DNA of 64,000 bases, taken from Ignavibacteria bacterium. Lineage in GTDB: Bacteria; Bacteroidota; Ignavibacteria; Kapaibacteriales; Kapaibacteriaceae. Location: NCBI GenBank assembly GCA_046300675.1, contig JBKCLO010000193.1, positions 70,526 to 134,525 on the forward strand, in the 5' to 3' direction. The notes beneath the pieces were generated by a model, which did no database searches, was not told the origin of the DNA, and worked only from the letters and a program-made list of their open reading frames with translations. Positions 60,018 through 64,000 of this stretch are shown in pieces (the first letter of the stretch is position 1; the number at the start of each line of letters is the position of its first letter). The position numbers and the translations under genes are program-made.

Positions 60018-60404
60018 CTATGGGACTACTCTGCGGGCACCGATATAGCGTGGTGCCCAATAGGCATCAAGGAGGGGCGCAATGCTCACCCCCTTCGACG
60101 AAGAGCTGTGAATGAACTGCTTGCCGTTCAGGGCAATCCCCACGTGGTTGATCCTGCCGCCGCTGATGGCAAAGAACACCAGATCGCCACCTCGGATCTC
60201 GCCGCGCTCAACGACCGCGCCAACGCCATACATGTCTGATGAGATACGTGGCAGCCTGATGCCGCTACTCTGAAAGCAGTATTGCACATACCCTGAGCAG
60301 TCAAAACAATCTGGTGTTGCTCCTGCGCTGCAATAGTCAGTGCCGAGAAGATCCATGGCCTGCTCAATCACAGCGCGCATGGCAGGGGGCTCTGTGGTGC
60401 GCAC
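60018..60404 (-). CDS. NlpC/P60-family (C40) cell-wall peptidase, probably a lipoprotein
   Basis: The catalytic-Cys context DCSGYVQYCF is present, with His in INHVGIAL. The track ORF starts at GTG 60404. The in-frame upstream sequence encodes …YRALIIAALISSCSSS, a lipobox, with no canonical start codon. Confidence 0.7.
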   Translation of the reverse strand: MRTTEPPAMRAVIEQAMDLLGTDYCSAGATPDCFDCSGYVQYCFQSSGIRLPRISSDMYGVGAVVERGEIRGGDLVFFAISGGRINHVGIALNGKQFIHSSSSKGVSIAPLLDAYWAPRYIGARRVVP

Positions 60405-60466
60405 CTTCGAGGAGGAGCAGGAGGAGATGAGCGCTGCGATGATAAGGGCGCGATATATCGTGCCCC

Positions 60467-61396
60467 CTAGGATTCCTTCTTCTCCGGAAACATGATCGAC
60501 GCAATGATGCTTAATGCCAGCACACCGGCGATAACTCCGAGAGCAACTTCGATGGTGATATGATACCAGTCCTGGATGAACATCTTGACGCCGATAAAGG
60601 TCAGAATGACGCTGAGGCCGTACTTCAGGTAGTGGAATATGCCCATGACGCCAACAACGGCGAAGAACAACGAGCGCAGTCCCATCACGGCAAAGACGTT
60701 TGATGTAAAGACAATGAATGGGTCGTTGGTTACGGCGAAGATGGCAGGTATCGAATCGACAGCAAAGATCAAGTCTGTAAACTCGACCACGAGCACAACG
60801 AGGAATAGCGGTGTAAACCAGCGAACGCCGTCTTTGATAATGCTGAATCGTTCCTGGTGGTAGGAATCAGTGATGCGGAAGTGCTTGCGTGCATACTTGA
60901 CAACGAAATTGTCTTCCAGTTCTGCATCGTCCTCGCTGCTGAAGGCCATCTTGATTCCTGTGAAGATCAGGAATGCACCAAAGACGTAGAAGATCCAGTG
61001 GAATGCCGCGATCAGTGCTGCACCAAGACCGATCATGATACCGCGCATCAGCAGCGCCCCAACGATGCCCCAGAAGAGCACCTTGTGATGGTATTGAGGA
61101 GCTACTTTGAAGTACTTCAATATCAAAATGATCACAAAGATGTTGTCGACCGAGAGTGACTGTTCCAGCATGTATCCGGCAAGAAACTCGCCGGCTGCTA
61201 CCGGACCCTTTTGGTAATAGACAAAGACATTAAACGCCATTGCCAGCGAGATCCAGAATACGGTCCACCCGATGGCTTCGCTTACCTTAACAACATGAGG
61301 CGTGCGATTGAATATCCCGAGGTCGAGTGCCAGCAGGAACAGTACGAGTAGAATGAACCCTACGTACAGGAACGGATCAGGAATGTGTGGTAGCAT
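60467..61396 (-). CDS. TerC-family integral membrane protein
   Basis: YMLEQSLSVDNIFVIILI, the TerC signature, occurs twice, and there are multiple TM helices. Confidence 0.85.
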   Translation of the reverse strand: MLPHIPDPFLYVGFILLVLFLLALDLGIFNRTPHVVKVSEAIGWTVFWISLAMAFNVFVYYQKGPVAAGEFLAGYMLEQSLSVDNIFVIILILKYFKVAPQYHHKVLFWGIVGALLMRGIMIGLGAALIAAFHWIFYVFGAFLIFTGIKMAFSSEDDAELEDNFVVKYARKHFRITDSYHQERFSIIKDGVRWFTPLFLVVLVVEFTDLIFAVDSIPAIFAVTNDPFIVFTSNVFAVMGLRSLFFAVVGVMGIFHYLKYGLSVILTFIGVKMFIQDWYHITIEVALGVIAGVLALSIIASIMFPEKKES

Positions 61397-61431
61397 AGAG
61401 GTAATGCGAATCTACGACCGTAGATTGTAGG

Positions 61432-64000
61432 ATGGGTCCGCTAATTCTCATCGACGGTATGTCGCTCGTATTCCGCGCATACCATGCTCTTCAGCGCACA
61501 GCTATGCAATCGCCCTCGGGCGAGCCATCCTTTGCTGTCTTCGCATTCGCAAACATCCTCACGTCGCTTCTCGATAGGCATTCTCCCGATGCAATAGCGG
61601 TTGTGTTTGATACACCCGAGCCAACGTTCCGGCATCTGCTCTATGATCAGTACAAGGCGCACCGTGATGCATTCCCCGAAGATCTGGTGCCGCAGCTTGC
61701 ACGTATCAAGAGTATGATCACGATGCTTGGTCTTGAGATGGTAGAGATGCCAGGGTTCGAGGCAGATGATATCATTGGCACGATATGCAAGCGTGAGAGC
61801 AACGACGGACATGACATACTCTGTGTTACCTCGGACAAGGATTACTTTCAGCTCGTGAACAACAGAGTCAAGATTCTGCGTCCAGGTAAAGACGTCGGCG
61901 AATATGACGTCATGGATGCTGTAAAGGTCCGCGAGAAATTCGGTGTCGGACCCGACCATGTTATCGATGTGCTGGCGCTGATTGGTGATTCATCGGATAA
62001 TGTGCCCGGTGTTAAAGGCGTTGGCGAGAAGACGGCAATCCCGCTCATCGAGAAGTACGGTTCGCTTGAAGCTCTGTATGAGCACCTCGACGAGGTTGAA
62101 CGAGAGTCTGTGAAGAAGAAACTTGCAGAACATCGCGACGAAGCCTTTTTGTCCAAGACGCTGGTAACTATTCACACAGACGTGCCGATTGATGCAAAGC
62201 GCGTTGCACTTGTCCGCAAACCGATCGACTCCTCGGCACTTGATGCCTTCTGTGAGGAGATGGGCTTTCATACACTGCGTCGCAAGTTCGCAAAGTATGC
62301 AGCTCCAAGCGATGCCATCGAGCAGCCTGTTGAGGAAGCACACAGACTTCATACGATCGCAGATAGCGAGCATGATTACACCCTCGTAGACACCCCGGGG
62401 TCGTTCAAACTCATGATCGATGCTCTTTCGGCTGCTTCCGAGATCTCATTCGATCTGGAGACCACCGGACTTGATGCCATGACCTGTTCCATCGTGGGTA
62501 TTGCACTCTCTGCCACTGAGGGGGTTGCCTATTATGTGGACGTCGATGACTCTTCTATCACAGACGAAGGCTCGCTGTTTGGTGGACACGAGGAACGCCA
62601 TGGCATGCCCCTTTCCGAGATACTCCCTTCGATAAAGGGGCTTCTGGAGAACCCCGCAATTTCCAAGGTTGGACAAAACGCCAAGTTCGACATGCTCATA
62701 TTGAGCAGATATGGTGTGAGCGTCTCACCACTTGGATTCGATAGCATGCTTGCCAGCTATGTACTCGATCCAGACAAACAGCACAACATGGATGCATTAG
62801 CTGAGCGCTGGTTGAACTATTCGCCGATTTCTATCACAACCTTGATCGGTGAAAAGAAGGGCTCTCAGAAGTCCATGCGCGACATCGATGCAGCCAGAGT
62901 TGCCGAGTATGCTGCAGAAGACGCAGACGTAACACTTAAGCTGTCCCATAAACTGCGCGGTGCATTGCACGAGCAAGACCTGTTATCCTTTGCCCAACGC
63001 ATTGAGTTTGCCACGGTTCCTGTGCTGGTTACAATGGAGCGCAATGGCATATGCATCAACACCCAAGCACTCAGTGGTCTCGGTGAGTTCATGCGCAGCG
63101 AAGCAAAGCGTCTGGAGCAGGAGATTTGGAATGAGGCAGGCGAGGAATTCACGATAGCCTCTCCAAAGCAATTGGCAGAAGTTCTCTTTGAAAAGCTAAT
63201 GCTGCCTTCGTCGAAGAAGACAAAGACTGGATATTCAACAGATTCAAGCGTTCTTACCGAGCTTGCTGAGACGTTTCCGATTGCTCAAATGATCCTGGAT
63301 TATCGACAGGTAGAAAAGCTTCGGTCTACATACGTGGAATCGCTCCCGCGACTTATCAATCCATCCACAGGTCGTGTGCACACGACATTCAATCAGACGG
63401 TAGCTGCCACCGGACGTTTGTCTTCTACAGACCCGAACCTGCAGAACATACCAATTCGCACGGAGCTAGGTCTGCAGATCCGCAAAGCATTCGTGCCGCA
63501 GCACAAGGGCAACGTTATCGTCTCTGCTGACTACTCGCAGATTGAACTCCGCATTATGGCGGCCATCTCTCGCGATCCCAATCTCCTTGCAGCGTTTGCT
63601 ACCGGTGCTGATATCCATGCGGCAACAGCAGCAATTCTGCATGATGTTGAGATCAAGGACGTTACAACCGAGCAGCGTCGCATCGCTAAAACTGTCAACT
63701 TTGGTATCATGTACGGTCTTGGCGCATTTGGACTTGCACAGCGTCTTGGGATCTCTCGTACGGAGGGCCAGACCATTATCGAGAATTACTTTGCCAAGTA
63801 TCCCGGTATCAAGCAGTACATTGACTCAACAATCGAAAGCACTCGGGAAAGGGGCTATGCAAGCACACTGCTTGGACGCAGACGTTACTTCCCATTGATC
63901 AATGCTGCCAATAGAGGATTGCGAACCGCTGCCGAGCGTGCAGCCATCAACATGCCGATTCAAGGTACCGCTGCAGATATGATGAAGTTGGCCATGGTGC
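61432..64000 (+). CDS. polA: DNA polymerase I (3' end beyond the window)
   Basis: It is absent from the ORF track because no stop codon falls inside the window. The ATG at 61432 begins MGPLILIDGMSLVFRAYHAL, the 5'-3' exonuclease N terminus. The frame stays open to 64000, ending in …NMPIQGTAADMMKLAMV of the polymerase domain. Confidence 0.9.
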   Translation, partial: MGPLILIDGMSLVFRAYHALQRTAMQSPSGEPSFAVFAFANILTSLLDRHSPDAIAVVFDTPEPTFRHLLYDQYKAHRDAFPEDLVPQLARIKSMITMLGLEMVEMPGFEADDIIGTICKRESNDGHDILCVTSDKDYFQLVNNRVKILRPGKDVGEYDVMDAVKVREKFGVGPDHVIDVLALIGDSSDNVPGVKGVGEKTAIPLIEKYGSLEALYEHLDEVERESVKKKLAEHRDEAFLSKTLVTIHTDVPIDAKRVALVRKPIDSSALDAFCEEMGFHTLRRKFAKYAAPSDAIEQPVEEAHRLHTIADSEHDYTLVDTPGSFKLMIDALSAASEISFDLETTGLDAMTCSIVGIALSATEGVAYYVDVDDSSITDEGSLFGGHEERHGMPLSEILPSIKGLLENPAISKVGQNAKFDMLILSRYGVSVSPLGFDSMLASYVLDPDKQHNMDALAERWLNYSPISITTLIGEKKGSQKSMRDIDAARVAEYAAEDADVTLKLSHKLRGALHEQDLLSFAQRIEFATVPVLVTMERNGICINTQALSGLGEFMRSEAKRLEQEIWNEAGEEFTIASPKQLAEVLFEKLMLPSSKKTKTGYSTDSSVLTELAETFPIAQMILDYRQVEKLRSTYVESLPRLINPSTGRVHTTFNQTVAATGRLSSTDPNLQNIPIRTELGLQIRKAFVPQHKGNVIVSADYSQIELRIMAAISRDPNLLAAFATGADIHAATAAILHDVEIKDVTTEQRRIAKTVNFGIMYGLGAFGLAQRLGISRTEGQTIIENYFAKYPGIKQYIDSTIESTRERGYASTLLGRRRYFPLINAANRGLRTAAERAAINMPIQGTAADMMKLAMV

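Noticed and set aside
61441-61959. A 172-aa minus-strand ORF
   Set aside because: It is wholly antisense to the N-terminal 5'-3' exonuclease domain of polA. polA reads through on the plus strand from 61432 and is missing from the ORF track only because its stop lies beyond the window.

Overview
This 64 kb window looks like a chromosomal segment from a moderately GC-rich (by eye) bacterium of the Bacteroidota/Chlorobiota/Ignavibacteriota-like (FCB) group. Coding density is high, many genes are translationally coupled through ATGA overlaps, and Shine-Dalgarno-like sites are visible. Housekeeping genes make up most of the window. These are dnaX-bcp-tatD-upp on the minus strand, clpC, a family-4 udg, ddl, an adenosine kinase, a near-complete F-type ATP synthase operon (atpZ-atpI-atpB-atpE-atpF-atpH-atpA-[hldD]-atpG, with atpD/atpC absent here), radA, obg, hsp20-dnaK, a TerC-family protein, an NlpC/P60 peptidase, and polA truncated by the window end. 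Seven large secreted proteins carry C-terminal tails resembling type-A T9SS (Por) sorting domains. They include two tandem subtilisin (S8) paralogues, two BNR-repeat proteins, and giant adhesin-like proteins built from Ig-like repeats. I see no integrase, transposase, tRNA, rRNA or CRISPR array. The features most worth a second look are listed below.
- A TatD nuclease is fused in-frame, with no stop codon, to a signal peptide plus an outer-membrane beta-barrel-like domain.
- An LPS heptose epimerase gene (hldD) is embedded inside the ATP synthase operon.
- An uncharacterised three-gene membrane module trails atpG.
- A paaB-paaC-paaD oxygenase cluster lacks its catalytic paaA and reductase paaE partners.
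- radA and a phytoene/squalene synthase gene diverge from start codons that share one CATG tetranucleotide.
- A perfect 14-bp palindrome sits upstream of hsp20-dnaK.
- An NlpC/P60 lipoprotein whose lipobox-bearing signal peptide has no canonical start codon.
- ATP synthase subunit a carries His-rich extensions at both ends.
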